From IMG/VR virus record IMGVR_UViG_3300020079_000007, positions 96,001 to 160,000 of that record: a DNA stretch of 64,000 nucleotides, one strand, 5' to 3'. Origin of the DNA: a virus (taxonomy: Duplodnaviria; Caudoviricetes). Both the position numbers and the translations under genes were made by a program. Under the pieces are notes generated by a model. That model saw only the letters and a list, made by a program, of their open reading frames with translations. It was not told the origin of the DNA and made no database searches. Below are positions 9,242 through 17,953 of this stretch, piece after piece (position 1 is the first letter of the stretch; each line of letters starts with the position of its first letter).

Positions 9242-9328
9242 TTTTCCTCCATAAATATAAAGGTCATATCAAAAGTTGATTGCTCTATTTATAGAGGACA
9301 CCTTGTAATAAAAATATATTAACAGTTA

Positions 9329-10030
9329 TTAGAAACTATCAAGAAGTGCACTGATTGGGTCGATTTCATTCTTCAACCCAATTCCTTTCATAGTACGATA
9401 ATACCTCGTTAAATTCATATGAGGCTGTGTTCTTGGTTGAGGCACATAAGTCCCATTTGCTTTCTGTTCTTCAATCTTTTTCTGCCACTCAGGTTTCTCA
9501 GACTTACGGCCGTTATTTGCTTCATAAGGTGACAACTTTAAACCGTCTTCACGAAGCTTTTGTCCTACAGGTTTAACTACCGCGCCTGCTTCTTCAAACT
9601 TCTTTATAAAGTCCGGCTTCCCAGGCTGATGTGGGTCTGTAACTTCAAAGTTGTGGTCTCCAAAAAGACCAATCTTTGCATCGTATTTATTCAAGAAAGC
9701 AAGTGTCTTGTAATTGCCACGAATAATCATACCTTCATTTTTTGGGTTATGACACTCACCGTAAATAAACTTTATGTAACCTTCTTCAGGTGTGTTGCCC
9801 ATTCCTTGAAAGTACTGCATATCATCAATGTCAACATCAATGTAGTTGCCTCTGTTTTTTGCAACTGTGATATGCGGCATTATTGCGCCGTCTTTTGTAA
9901 CAGCTTCTCTTTCTGTATCTGGGTTATCTTCAACAGGCTTTGCCTCTTCTTCAACTAAGTCTTTATCAATAAGACCTAATGCTTTGAGTGCTTCAAGCTC
10001 TGTTTCTGAATACCCTTCAATGTCAACCAT
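9329..10030 (-). CDS. Hypothetical protein (start re-called at ATG 10030)
   Basis: ATG overlaps the upstream stop and is preceded by GGAG. Confidence 0.6.
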   Translation of the reverse strand: MVDIEGYSETELEALKALGLIDKDLVEEEAKPVEDNPDTEREAVTKDGAIMPHITVAKNRGNYIDVDIDDMQYFQGMGNTPEEGYIKFIYGECHNPKNEGMIIRGNYKTLAFLNKYDAKIGLFGDHNFEVTDPHQPGKPDFIKKFEEAGAVVKPVGQKLREDGLKLSPYEANNGRKSEKPEWQKKIEEQKANGTYVPQPRTQPHMNLTRYYRTMKGIGLKNEIDPISALLDSF

Positions 10031-10589
10031 TACATATCTCCAAAAATAAACGGATAAACATCCTGTTTCCAAATCTCTTCAGGTGTTCTTCCGTTCAAAT
10101 GAATAAGCTTCTTATCCAAAGAAGACATTTCATATGCTCTTTCGAAAGCAGCAAGTTCTTGCTTCTTCTTATCAACGTCAAGTGAGAACGACAAGCCATC
10201 GCCTCTTTTCTTGTCTCTTTCAATAACTGCTTCAGGCGTATCAGTAAACACAATCAACTTTGTTACTGGGTTGTTGTGATTTACATAATCTCTTTCATAA
10301 TCGAAAACAAAGTCACCTGAATAATTACGATAGATTGGTGAGTAAACGGTTTCACCAAGATGTGCACGGTCAAATATCAAAACATTTTCATTTGGCACAA
10401 CTGACATCAAGTGGAACATTTCACGATAACGAATCTGTGAAGCAACTTTAATTGCATCATTTGTTTCAAGTTTAATGTTTGAATAATGAACAATGTGAAC
10501 AGCTTTGTTTCTTTTTTCACATTCTTTTTCAATAAGAGCAATTTGGGTACCTTTACCCATTGCATCTACCCCTCAACGATGATGTTCAT
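10030..10589 (-). pseudogene. Thymidylate/dNMP kinase-like gene with a 1-nt frameshift in a G4 run (10569-10572)
   Basis: ATG AAC ATC ATC GTT GAG GGG TAG; adding one G gives MNIIVEGVDAMGKGT (P-loop) joined to the 176-aa ORF containing FDRAHLGETVY. Confidence 0.75.
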
Positions 10590-10705
10590 CGTAACCCCCT
10601 TCGGTACTTTTCTTCATACCTATCAATAAATTTTATTTCATTATTATCGTGAAGCATTTTAATTTCTTCATCTGATAATTTTTGAGTGCTGTTTTCTGTT
10701 TCTAT
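10586..10705 (-). CDS. Small 39-aa ORF starting at ATA, coupled (ATGA) to the kinase
   Basis: IETENSTQKLSDEEIKMLHDNNEIKFIDRYEEKYRRGLR begins 5 nt after a GTTAATAT motif. Confidence 0.35.
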   Translation of the reverse strand: METENSTQKLSDEEIKMLHDNNEIKFIDRYEEKYRRGLR

Positions 10706-10719
10706 AATAAATATTAACC

Positions 10720-12054
10720 TCAGTCTTTAATAATTCTTCTTCCTGCAGGAGCCGCAGTTCCATTCAGCTCTCTTTCACGAGCATCAATTACTGGGCCAAA
10801 TGTATCACAAATGAAATCGCCGTTGAAGTATTTATCTTCAAGAATATCATAAAATTGTTTCAACAACTTTGCGTATTCATCGCGGTGTTCATACAAATAA
10901 TCAATCTTTTCCCACATTTCTTTAGGAGAAGAAACTTTTACATAATCTGGGAACTCTTTGAAGTAACCATCAGTGTCATAAGAGTTCTTGTCATAAAATG
11001 GAATAATTCCATAGTAAACCATTTTCCAAGGCTTCTGTGTTACAAAGTTTGGAAGACGGTGGTCAAATGCAGGAACATAAGTAAACATTGTTTCCCACAT
11101 TTCAGGCTGCATCTGCACAATACCTTTTTCGATAAAAGTATTAGGATGCTTCTGCTTTGCTTCATCACCCCATTTTCCGTAAACCTTTTCCTCAGGATGA
11201 ATATCAAGAACCCACTTTTCAAGATAAGACAAACGGTCAGTACCGTCATTCAAAGTAAGAACAAACTTTCTCTTTTTCTGATAAACATTTCCGTTTACTT
11301 CAATGTGGTCAGGATTGCTGAAATCAATCTTTGGCATATTTGCCATAAACATTCTTTCAAGTCCTGCATATTTGAAATGTAACTTGTGTTCAACATACTC
11401 TCCCGAGTTGTATCTTACAAGACGCTTTACTGAATACTTATCGCTCTCAATCTGAGAGAATGTAAAGATTTCGTGATTGATAATGTCTTTATGATTTGAT
11501 GGCACATATCTTGGGTCTTCATTGATATTATACCAAGGGAAGCCTTGCTTGTTCAAAAGATGTATCATTGGTCCACAATAATTTGCTGCCATCTGCATTG
11601 GGATTGCCTCAGTTGGCTTTGTTGCACAAATAATACCTTCGCCGCCGACTGATACTGATGCATCAGGTCCTTGCATAAAGAGACCCATATCAAACTTCAA
11701 ACCAAGATGGTCAACATATTCATCAAGTGTACGCCAAGCTTCACAGCCTTTCTTGTGTGTATCAGTTCTTTCCTTGCATTTTTCTTTTCCTGCAAACTCT
11801 CTTGCCTGAGCGTGCAAGTCGATAATGTTGCTTGGGATGTCAACTTTCTTAAAAACGTTTCCAAATCCGATTGCACTGTTCTTCTTTTTGAAATCAGCAA
11901 AATCAGAAGCGCCTATAATGTAGAACTTGTGTTGAGGATAACGGCGAGCAAGAGTAAAATAAAATATCTTCGGACTATCGTCGCCTGCATAAATCGACCA
12001 AGACTTTTCATCAAAGTACATTGAACGACCAAACTTTCCAATCGCAATATTCAT
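10720..12054 (-). CDS. DNA glycosyltransferase, T4 beta-glucosyltransferase-like (GT-B)
   Basis: MNIAIGK start; PNFVTQKPWKMV..IPFYDKNSYDT..VSSPKEMWEKIDYL..FYDIL resembles the BGT C-terminal region as recalled (NFITLRVWE..DEEFDT..). Confidence 0.65.
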   Translation of the reverse strand: MNIAIGKFGRSMYFDEKSWSIYAGDDSPKIFYFTLARRYPQHKFYIIGASDFADFKKKNSAIGFGNVFKKVDIPSNIIDLHAQAREFAGKEKCKERTDTHKKGCEAWRTLDEYVDHLGLKFDMGLFMQGPDASVSVGGEGIICATKPTEAIPMQMAANYCGPMIHLLNKQGFPWYNINEDPRYVPSNHKDIINHEIFTFSQIESDKYSVKRLVRYNSGEYVEHKLHFKYAGLERMFMANMPKIDFSNPDHIEVNGNVYQKKRKFVLTLNDGTDRLSYLEKWVLDIHPEEKVYGKWGDEAKQKHPNTFIEKGIVQMQPEMWETMFTYVPAFDHRLPNFVTQKPWKMVYYGIIPFYDKNSYDTDGYFKEFPDYVKVSSPKEMWEKIDYLYEHRDEYAKLLKQFYDILEDKYFNGDFICDTFGPVIDARERELNGTAAPAGRRIIKD

Positions 12055-12626
12055 TAGTTATAACCTCTTACGATATAATAATTTATTCCTGCAGCAACTG
12101 CCGCATCTATTCCAGTTTTTGAATCTTCGAACACAATACAAGTTGAAGGTATCTCATCGAAGTGTTGCATAGTTTTGATATAACATTCAGGAGACGGCTT
12201 TGTTTCAACAACATCTTCCTGTCCTACGATAATATCAAACACATCTTGGATTTTGAAATACTCCAAGATATTATTTATATTAACTTTCGAAGCTGCAGAC
12301 ACCAGAGCGATTTTCCATTTTCTTGACTTAAGGCCTTTAAGCATTTCAATCAACGGAGTATTAAGAGCGCCATTCTTGATATATTTTTTGTAAAGCTCTT
12401 TCTTGTCATCGTGTATTTGCTGCATAACTTCTGCAGTCATATTAGGGTCAAGCTGTTTCAAAAAGATTTTGTAATTAAGCCCGTTCCATTCTTTACAGTA
12501 TTGTTCATAACCTACATCATACCCGTGTTTTTCACAAGCTTCTTTATAAGCAAAATAGTTTATGTTGTTTGTATTGACGAGTGTACCGTCTAAGTCTACC
12601 ATTGCTAACATTATTTTTTCTCCCAA
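12054..12626 (-). CDS. HAD-superfamily phosphatase (beta-PGM-like)
   Basis: DLDGTLVNT, LVSAA, KPSP and VFEDSKTG motifs. Confidence 0.9.
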   Translation of the reverse strand: MGEKIMLAMVDLDGTLVNTNNINYFAYKEACEKHGYDVGYEQYCKEWNGLNYKIFLKQLDPNMTAEVMQQIHDDKKELYKKYIKNGALNTPLIEMLKGLKSRKWKIALVSAASKVNINNILEYFKIQDVFDIIVGQEDVVETKPSPECYIKTMQHFDEIPSTCIVFEDSKTGIDAAVAAGINYYIVRGYN

Positions 12627-13528
12627 AGATCCCAGATATTAAAGTAGCCTGACTCTTTATTAGACGAAGATACTCTACTAATAAGGTCTTTTACATATCT
12701 TATGTTATCACTGCACCAACGCTTTGTGACATCATCTTTTGCATAAGGTACAATACGATAGATTTTGAAAAGTAAGAAACCCAAAATCAATTTCATATTT
12801 GCTCTGGCGCATCCGTTAACATTTATCAAAAACTCGTGTGTAAAGTTTTTCAAATGTCTTTCCTGCTCTTCATCAAGTTCTTTATAACGATAAGACCAAT
12901 GACACAAGCTATCCTGAAGAACAGTTGCAATGTCAACATAAGGTGTATCAATGAATGAGTCAAGAAAATCAATAAGATGCAAAATTCTTGCTGATGATTT
13001 GATATACTTGTCGGGTTTATGTCCTACGATAATATTTTCAAGTGTAAGGTCTCCGTGACAATATCCCGCTCTTAATTCTTTAAGCTGTGGGCTGAACTCT
13101 CTCATAAACTCATCAAGTTCATTTTTAAGTTCAGGAGTCTTTTTAACCATATCATCACATTTACGCTGAAAGATTGATAAAGATTCATAAACTTTATTGA
13201 AAGCAAAATTGTACATTATGAATGCAGCAAGGTCAGTCGCTGTTGAAATACCTTTACATTTAAGCAACTCTTCTGCAACAGTATCGCCTTCGATAAAAGG
13301 CATCGTAACAGAAATGAATGGCTCACCACTAACAGTGCACTCATTGATGTCTAAAACCTTTGTGCCTACAATTTGATTGCGCTGACCACCTGCCCAAGTA
13401 GTTGCACACATTTGTTTGATTGCTTGTTCACGAAGTCTTGGCACATAAGAACCACTTGCAGACTTGATAACTTTATCACCCTGCTGTTCGACACTACAAC
13501 CCGAGTTTCCCTTTAAGCTCATCTTCAC
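12611..13528 (-). CDS. APH/choline-kinase-like phosphotransferase (putative sugar kinase)
   Basis: GNSG loop, CHGDLTLENII, LIDFL. Confidence 0.8.
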   Translation of the reverse strand: MKMSLKGNSGCSVEQQGDKVIKSASGSYVPRLREQAIKQMCATTWAGGQRNQIVGTKVLDINECTVSGEPFISVTMPFIEGDTVAEELLKCKGISTATDLAAFIMYNFAFNKVYESLSIFQRKCDDMVKKTPELKNELDEFMREFSPQLKELRAGYCHGDLTLENIIVGHKPDKYIKSSARILHLIDFLDSFIDTPYVDIATVLQDSLCHWSYRYKELDEEQERHLKNFTHEFLINVNGCARANMKLILGFLLFKIYRIVPYAKDDVTKRWCSDNIRYVKDLISRVSSSNKESGYFNIWDLWEKK

Positions 13529-14225
13529 TTACCTCTGATTTTAATTCTTTAAGTTCATCAGGTGTTCCAAACTCAAAGTGATCTTTTACATCAATTCTTT
13601 TTACATTGAGCAAGTAATTGTATAAACCTGACATATAAAATTCTTTTTGTGTTCCGTCATTAAAATAAAGAACTGCTGCTTTTGCAAATACTTCAGCATT
13701 CTTAAAATAATAGCAACCAAAAATTGCGTGATTAGAAACAGGATTCTTTTCAACAGTTCCTGCGTACTGTGTATCTTTTCCACCGATGTATTTGATATAA
13801 CCGAAGTGTGGTTCTCTTGATTTGAAAGACATAATTGCGCCTTCACAATCGTCTGGGATTTCAAATTCATTACAAGACATTGCGTGGTCACAGTCTTGAA
13901 ATACAATTGGGTCGCCATCAGCAAACTGTGAAATACCTGAAATAGCTGTGAACACAGGACCATTAAGTTGATAAGGTAAAACTGAAATCTTTGCTTCTGG
14001 GAAATACTTTTTGATTTCGGCATCAATCTTATATTCTTCGATATGTTCTTCAAGAACAATGAATGTCAAGTCTTTCATTGGGAAAGCTCTGATTGCCGAC
14101 TGTGCAGCCCACCAAAAGAATGGCTTGCCGTATAAATCTATAAGTGGCTTTGGAATTGATACATCATTTTGTTTGAATCTTGAGCCCGCGCCACCGCAGG
14201 GTATAACAATATGCACTTTGTTCAT
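13494..14225 (-). CDS. Sugar-phosphate nucleotidyltransferase (NTP_transferase)
   Basis: IPCGGAGSRF..PKPLI, DCD, VEKNPVS, EFYMSGLYN, FGTPDEL. Confidence 0.88.
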   Translation of the reverse strand: MNKVHIVIPCGGAGSRFKQNDVSIPKPLIDLYGKPFFWWAAQSAIRAFPMKDLTFIVLEEHIEEYKIDAEIKKYFPEAKISVLPYQLNGPVFTAISGISQFADGDPIVFQDCDHAMSCNEFEIPDDCEGAIMSFKSREPHFGYIKYIGGKDTQYAGTVEKNPVSNHAIFGCYYFKNAEVFAKAAVLYFNDGTQKEFYMSGLYNYLLNVKRIDVKDHFEFGTPDELKELKSEVSEDELKGKLGL

Positions 14226-14256
14226 AAAATGATATTAACATCCTATATAAAAATTA

Positions 14257-14281
14257 AGAGGAACTTGCGTTCCTCTTTTTT
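14257..14281 (-). terminator. Intrinsic terminator
   Basis: AAGAGGAAC-GCAA-GTTCCTCTT stem with GNRA loop on the minus strand; T-runs on both sides. Confidence 0.7.
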
Positions 14282-14295
14282 GATAAAGTTCTTAA

Positions 14296-14817
14296 TTAAA
14301 GCTCAGGAGCATTCAAGATGTCATTATCAAGTTTCTCGAAAACCTTCTTACGGAATTCGATAATATCTTTATAATGCTCTTTATACTTTCTGATAGCAGC
14401 GTTAGTTGCGGCAACCTGAATGTTGTAGTACTGGTCGTCGAGCTCTTTCTGCTTTGCTTCGATTTCAGTCTTTTCTTTTACTTCTTTCTGTGCGCCTTCA
14501 CAGTCGCAAGAGAACGTAATTGAATCCTTACCTACAAGAACAGCTTCGCCTTCAACCTTCGCTTTCTTTCCGCAGTAAGGACAATAAACAGCATCTTCGT
14601 AAATAGTTTTGATTTCTTTTGCGAAGTCTGTAAGTTCCTTTTCCTGTTCAGGAGCAGGCTGTCTTCCATTAAGCTGCTTCTTTACATTACGCCAGTTTCT
14701 CAACTTGGCTTCCTGATCTTCGTTAATACAAAGTGCAAATGTTGAAGCACCTGACTTTGCAATAACCTTTCCCAAAAGTTCTTTCTGGGCATCTGTCAAA
14801 ATAGTATCTTTTGCCAT
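14296..14817 (-). CDS. Hypothetical protein with Zn ribbon and coiled coil
   Basis: CPYCG and CDC motifs. Confidence 0.6.
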   Translation of the reverse strand: MAKDTILTDAQKELLGKVIAKSGASTFALCINEDQEAKLRNWRNVKKQLNGRQPAPEQEKELTDFAKEIKTIYEDAVYCPYCGKKAKVEGEAVLVGKDSITFSCDCEGAQKEVKEKTEIEAKQKELDDQYYNIQVAATNAAIRKYKEHYKDIIEFRKKVFEKLDNDILNAPEL

Positions 14818-14820
14818 TTG

Positions 14821-15138
14821 TTAAACTCCCATTAAAGTTGCCTGTTCAGACTCAGCGTCTTCAGGAAGAACAAAACCAAATGAGTTTTCGATTGTCTTCC
14901 AACCTGTCTTTTCTGTAACAACTGCGATAACTTCTTCTTTAGCTTTCTTGCCAATTGAAGGGGCATCAATAAGAATGAACTTATCATTGATAGCTTTCAT
15001 TCCTCTTTTCTTGTTCTGAAATGTTTCTCCACTTTCAATAGGAGCATTCAAAACGTCACGAATTACTTCATTTGCAGAAGGTGTATTCTCATATCTGAGA
15101 AAAAGTTCACCTTTGCAAAAATCTTCATACATTACCAT
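14821..15138 (-). CDS. Hypothetical protein
   Basis: 105-aa ORF with GAGG SD, in operon. Confidence 0.6.
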   Translation of the reverse strand: MVMYEDFCKGELFLRYENTPSANEVIRDVLNAPIESGETFQNKKRGMKAINDKFILIDAPSIGKKAKEEVIAVVTEKTGWKTIENSFGFVLPEDAESEQATLMGV

Positions 15139-15207
15139 TAAGATAACCTCTGAATTATTGTTTAGACAACAATCAACGATTGTGCCGCATATATTGCAGC
15201 AACATCT

Positions 15208-15807
15208 TTATTTTGCTTTAACACCTGTTGAGCCAGCCCAACCGCTTCCACGGTTGTTATATCTGAAGCCTTCATAGAATTCATTTTCTGAAATCTTGTT
15301 ATCAGCTTCAACATCAACTTTCTCTTCAGTGTAAATGCAGGCTTCCTCAGTGCAGTAAACACGAGGCGCAAGCTGTGTTATTTTGTCATCTTCATAGATG
15401 TAAAGATAATCATCAGAAGTGTTTGTCAAAGAAAGATGAATCTCTCCCTGATAGTTTGGGTCAATTTCACAAGCACCTACATCAAGACCTTTCTTTGTTG
15501 CAATGCCTGACTTGTTTTCAACATACAAGTCCATCTGTAAACCATAAGAGATAAGTGGTATTGAAAGTTCAAGATATGATTTAATTCCTGATGGAATACA
15601 AACTCTTTCGTGTGGACCAACCATAATGCATTCTTTGCCTGCATCATCTTTTGTAATGTTTACTGCTGCTTTTGGATTCTTTTCAGCTTCCTCAGCACAA
15701 GTCTTTTTGAATGCATCATTGAACTTAGGAACAAAAAAGTCAAATCCTACATTACCGTCTTCACGATAAGGATCTGCAACATCCCTAATTTTAAGAAACT
15801 TTATCAT
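15208..15807 (-). CDS. dut: Trimeric dUTPase
   Basis: GFDF, NKSG, IDPNYQGEI, ITQL and RGSGWAGSTG motifs. Confidence 0.9.
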   Translation of the reverse strand: MIKFLKIRDVADPYREDGNVGFDFFVPKFNDAFKKTCAEEAEKNPKAAVNITKDDAGKECIMVGPHERVCIPSGIKSYLELSIPLISYGLQMDLYVENKSGIATKKGLDVGACEIDPNYQGEIHLSLTNTSDDYLYIYEDDKITQLAPRVYCTEEACIYTEEKVDVEADNKISENEFYEGFRYNNRGSGWAGSTGVKAK

Positions 15808-15838
15808 TATTCCATAACCTCCAAGTTATAGAATAATA

Positions 15839-16231
15839 TTAACACTGTTGTTGATTAGGGCCCTCTTCATAATTAAGCCACTGCCAATCAGAAGAAATCA
15901 TTTCAAAAGTTCTATCAAGGTCCGACTCCAACGGAGAAAGTCGGCCAATCAAGTTAATTCTGTATTTCATCCAAAGATTGTAGTATTCAATTGCAATATC
16001 AAAAAAGGCGACTGGGTTTTCACCCCAAGTGTTTACAACATATTTGTCTTCAGTCAACTTGAGAAAATCTTTAAGTTCTTTATAAAAGTTGTGAACATCA
16101 GCCGCGGCAAGTTCCCAGTCGAAATCTTGCTTTTTGTATATTATTCTTGTTGCAGCTTCCTTAAATCGTTGTAAGTGTCTTTTGACTCTTAATCTTAAAT
16201 CTTGTATTTCATTGTCTTTAAGCTGTCTCAT
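15839..16231 (-). CDS. Tandem paralog family, member 4
   Basis: WGENPVAFFDIAIEYYNLW; start re-called after GGAG. Confidence 0.6.
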   Translation of the reverse strand: MRQLKDNEIQDLRLRVKRHLQRFKEAATRIIYKKQDFDWELAAADVHNFYKELKDFLKLTEDKYVVNTWGENPVAFFDIAIEYYNLWMKYRINLIGRLSPLESDLDRTFEMISSDWQWLNYEEGPNQQQC

Positions 16232-16601
16232 TCTCTTCTCCACTTTCAAAAGGGTTTTCTGAAAAATACTTAAAAAAGACATCCCTTACTTCTTGTGTTT
16301 GTTGATAACCACTCCAAAGTGTTGCATCAACAGGCTGCCCAACCTGAGAAAGGTGTTCTCTGTATAAATCATTTATTTTTTCAAACCAAGCTTCAGAAAA
16401 AGCAATCACAACATCATAATAAGATCTTGGGTTTTTAAGAAATTGAAAAAAGTTGTATGTGTCGCTAATCGTTTCATAAAGAGGAACAAGGATTTCTTGA
16501 GCAAACGTATAAAATGGCTCATCGATGTTTTGAGAAAAATAAGAATAGAGTTTTGTCTTCAAGATTTCATTGATACCTGTAATCTTATTTCGTATATCCA
16601 T
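16218..16601 (-). CDS. Tandem paralog family, member 3
   Basis: FLKNPRSYYDVVIAFSEAW; start re-called after AGGAG. Confidence 0.6.
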   Translation of the reverse strand: MDIRNKITGINEILKTKLYSYFSQNIDEPFYTFAQEILVPLYETISDTYNFFQFLKNPRSYYDVVIAFSEAWFEKINDLYREHLSQVGQPVDATLWSGYQQTQEVRDVFFKYFSENPFESGEENETA

Positions 16602-16977
16602 AAGTACTCCTATAAGTATCATCTTTATGATGCACATCAATAATTGTATAATGAAATTGCGCAATTTCATTATAATGAAATTGCAATTCATCATCAGTCA
16701 AGCCATTGATATACTCCTTATAAAAAGGCAACCAAACTTGTTCGTAATAAGCATCACAAACATCATAAAAAGAAACAACATTGTGCTTCCATTCATTTAT
16801 CTCTCTTGGGCTCTGAAGCAGTTCAAGGAACTCTTTCAAAGCTTCATATGTTTCTTTTATAAAATCTTCAGCATCACAAGCATCATAAAATCTAACGCAA
16901 GGACGGAGTGTTTTTATGAGGTCATTACGAAGCTTGTTTTCTACTGAAAAAATCGGTGTGTTTTTGAGCAATTGCAT
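16585..16977 (-). CDS. Tandem paralog family, member 2
   Basis: WKHNVVSFYDVCDAYYEQVWLPFY. Confidence 0.6.
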   Translation of the reverse strand: MQLLKNTPIFSVENKLRNDLIKTLRPCVRFYDACDAEDFIKETYEALKEFLELLQSPREINEWKHNVVSFYDVCDAYYEQVWLPFYKEYINGLTDDELQFHYNEIAQFHYTIIDVHHKDDTYRSTYGYTK

Positions 16978-17341
16978 CTTTCTCAATCTCCTCAATTTTA
17001 TCAAGCTTTGTATCAAGCACATAATTGTAATGTACTTTCTTAAAAGTTTCTGTGAGCCAAATTTCCTCACGAGCTAAGTTGTGTTCATTTTTATATGGGA
17101 TCCAAACCTGTTCCCAATAAGCATTGCAAATGTCAAGAAAAGCTATCGGGTTTTTCCGCCATTCATCTAAGCAGTCCATATTATTAAAAAGATTAACAAG
17201 TTCTTGCAAATTGTCAAGTACTTCAACAACATCTTTATCAAGAACGTCTCTTTTATCACGATAGTTGAATACGCGGAACACACTTGAGATATGAACTTGA
17301 AGTTCGTAAAGTAAATGATATACTTCTTTCCATTCAATCAT
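16925..17341 (-). CDS. Tandem paralog family, member 1
   Basis: WRKNPIAFLDICNAYWEQVWIPY; SD GAGG. Confidence 0.6.
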   Translation of the reverse strand: MIEWKEVYHLLYELQVHISSVFRVFNYRDKRDVLDKDVVEVLDNLQELVNLFNNMDCLDEWRKNPIAFLDICNAYWEQVWIPYKNEHNLAREEIWLTETFKKVHYNYVLDTKLDKIEEIEKDAIAQKHTDFFSRKQAS

Positions 17342-17357
17342 ATTCAACCTCAATGCA

Positions 17358-17384
17358 AAGGCCCGCACTCGAAGCACGGGCCTT
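17358..17384 (-). terminator. Hairpin / weak terminator
   Basis: AAGGCCCG...CGGGCCTT with a short U tail. Confidence 0.55.
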
Positions 17385-17402
17385 CGTTACTACTTATGGA
17401 GA

Positions 17403-17762
17403 TTAAGCAGTTTCTACTGCTGCATCTTTCTTTGCTTTGTTGCGCTTTGTAGCAACTTTCTTTGCCTTAGGTTCTTTAGGCAGGTCGGAGAAGATGTCGA
17501 AAGTATCAACATTTACATCTCCAACGCGGCGGCGAACTGTGCGGGCGATTCCTTCAGCGTAAGTACCCATATCAGCATATTCTGACTTGCGGAAGCCTTT
17601 TACATAAGTTCCGTCAGCAGACCAAACAAAAGTCAGAATGTCGTCGTTGTCCTGTTTGTGAACTTCGATTTTTCCGCCATTTGGAAGATTTACAACTGCA
17701 TCAACATCTACGCGAGCAATCATCTTGCGTACCTTAGAAAATGTAAAATTGTGTTTTGCCAT
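17403..17762 (-). CDS. Early hypothetical protein with Lys/Ala-rich basic tail
   Basis: Strong SD AGGAGG, early promoter, tail PKEPKAKKVATKRNKAKK. Confidence 0.7.
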   Translation of the reverse strand: MAKHNFTFSKVRKMIARVDVDAVVNLPNGGKIEVHKQDNDDILTFVWSADGTYVKGFRKSEYADMGTYAEGIARTVRRRVGDVNVDTFDIFSDLPKEPKAKKVATKRNKAKKDAAVETA

Positions 17763-17797
17763 ATTTCTGCCTCCTGTTCTGTTTGAATTACAATAAT

Positions 17798-17826
17798 AAT
17801 ATAAAAAGTTGACTGTAAAAGTTTAA
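17798..17826 (-). promoter_or_regulatory. Early-type promoter TTAAAC-N17-TATATT
   Basis: Repeated motif with exact spacing. Confidence 0.7.
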
Positions 17827-17864
17827 ATTTTTATATAAATTTATTCTTTTTTTCTCATATTTAT

Positions 17865-17920
17865 TCCCTCCATTATAGTTCAAATTTTATTTTGACAGAA
17901 TTCAAGAAAATGTCAAAATA
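17865..17920 (-). repeat. Dispersed repeat copy 1: 33-bp arm plus TTGACA-N13-TGTCAA palindrome
   Basis: 17865-17897 is the exact reverse complement of 27775-27807. Confidence 0.85.
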
Positions 17921-17953
17921 TGCAGATTTAAGTGGTTTTTTGACTAAATACAA

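Noticed and set aside
9329-9360. C-terminal ISALLDSF as a clamp-binding motif
   Set aside because: Single occurrence and weak match.
10560-10589. TAG recoding as an explanation of the kinase stop
   Set aside because: Read-through stays in the wrong frame; long ORFs are intact in the standard code and recA ends in TAG.
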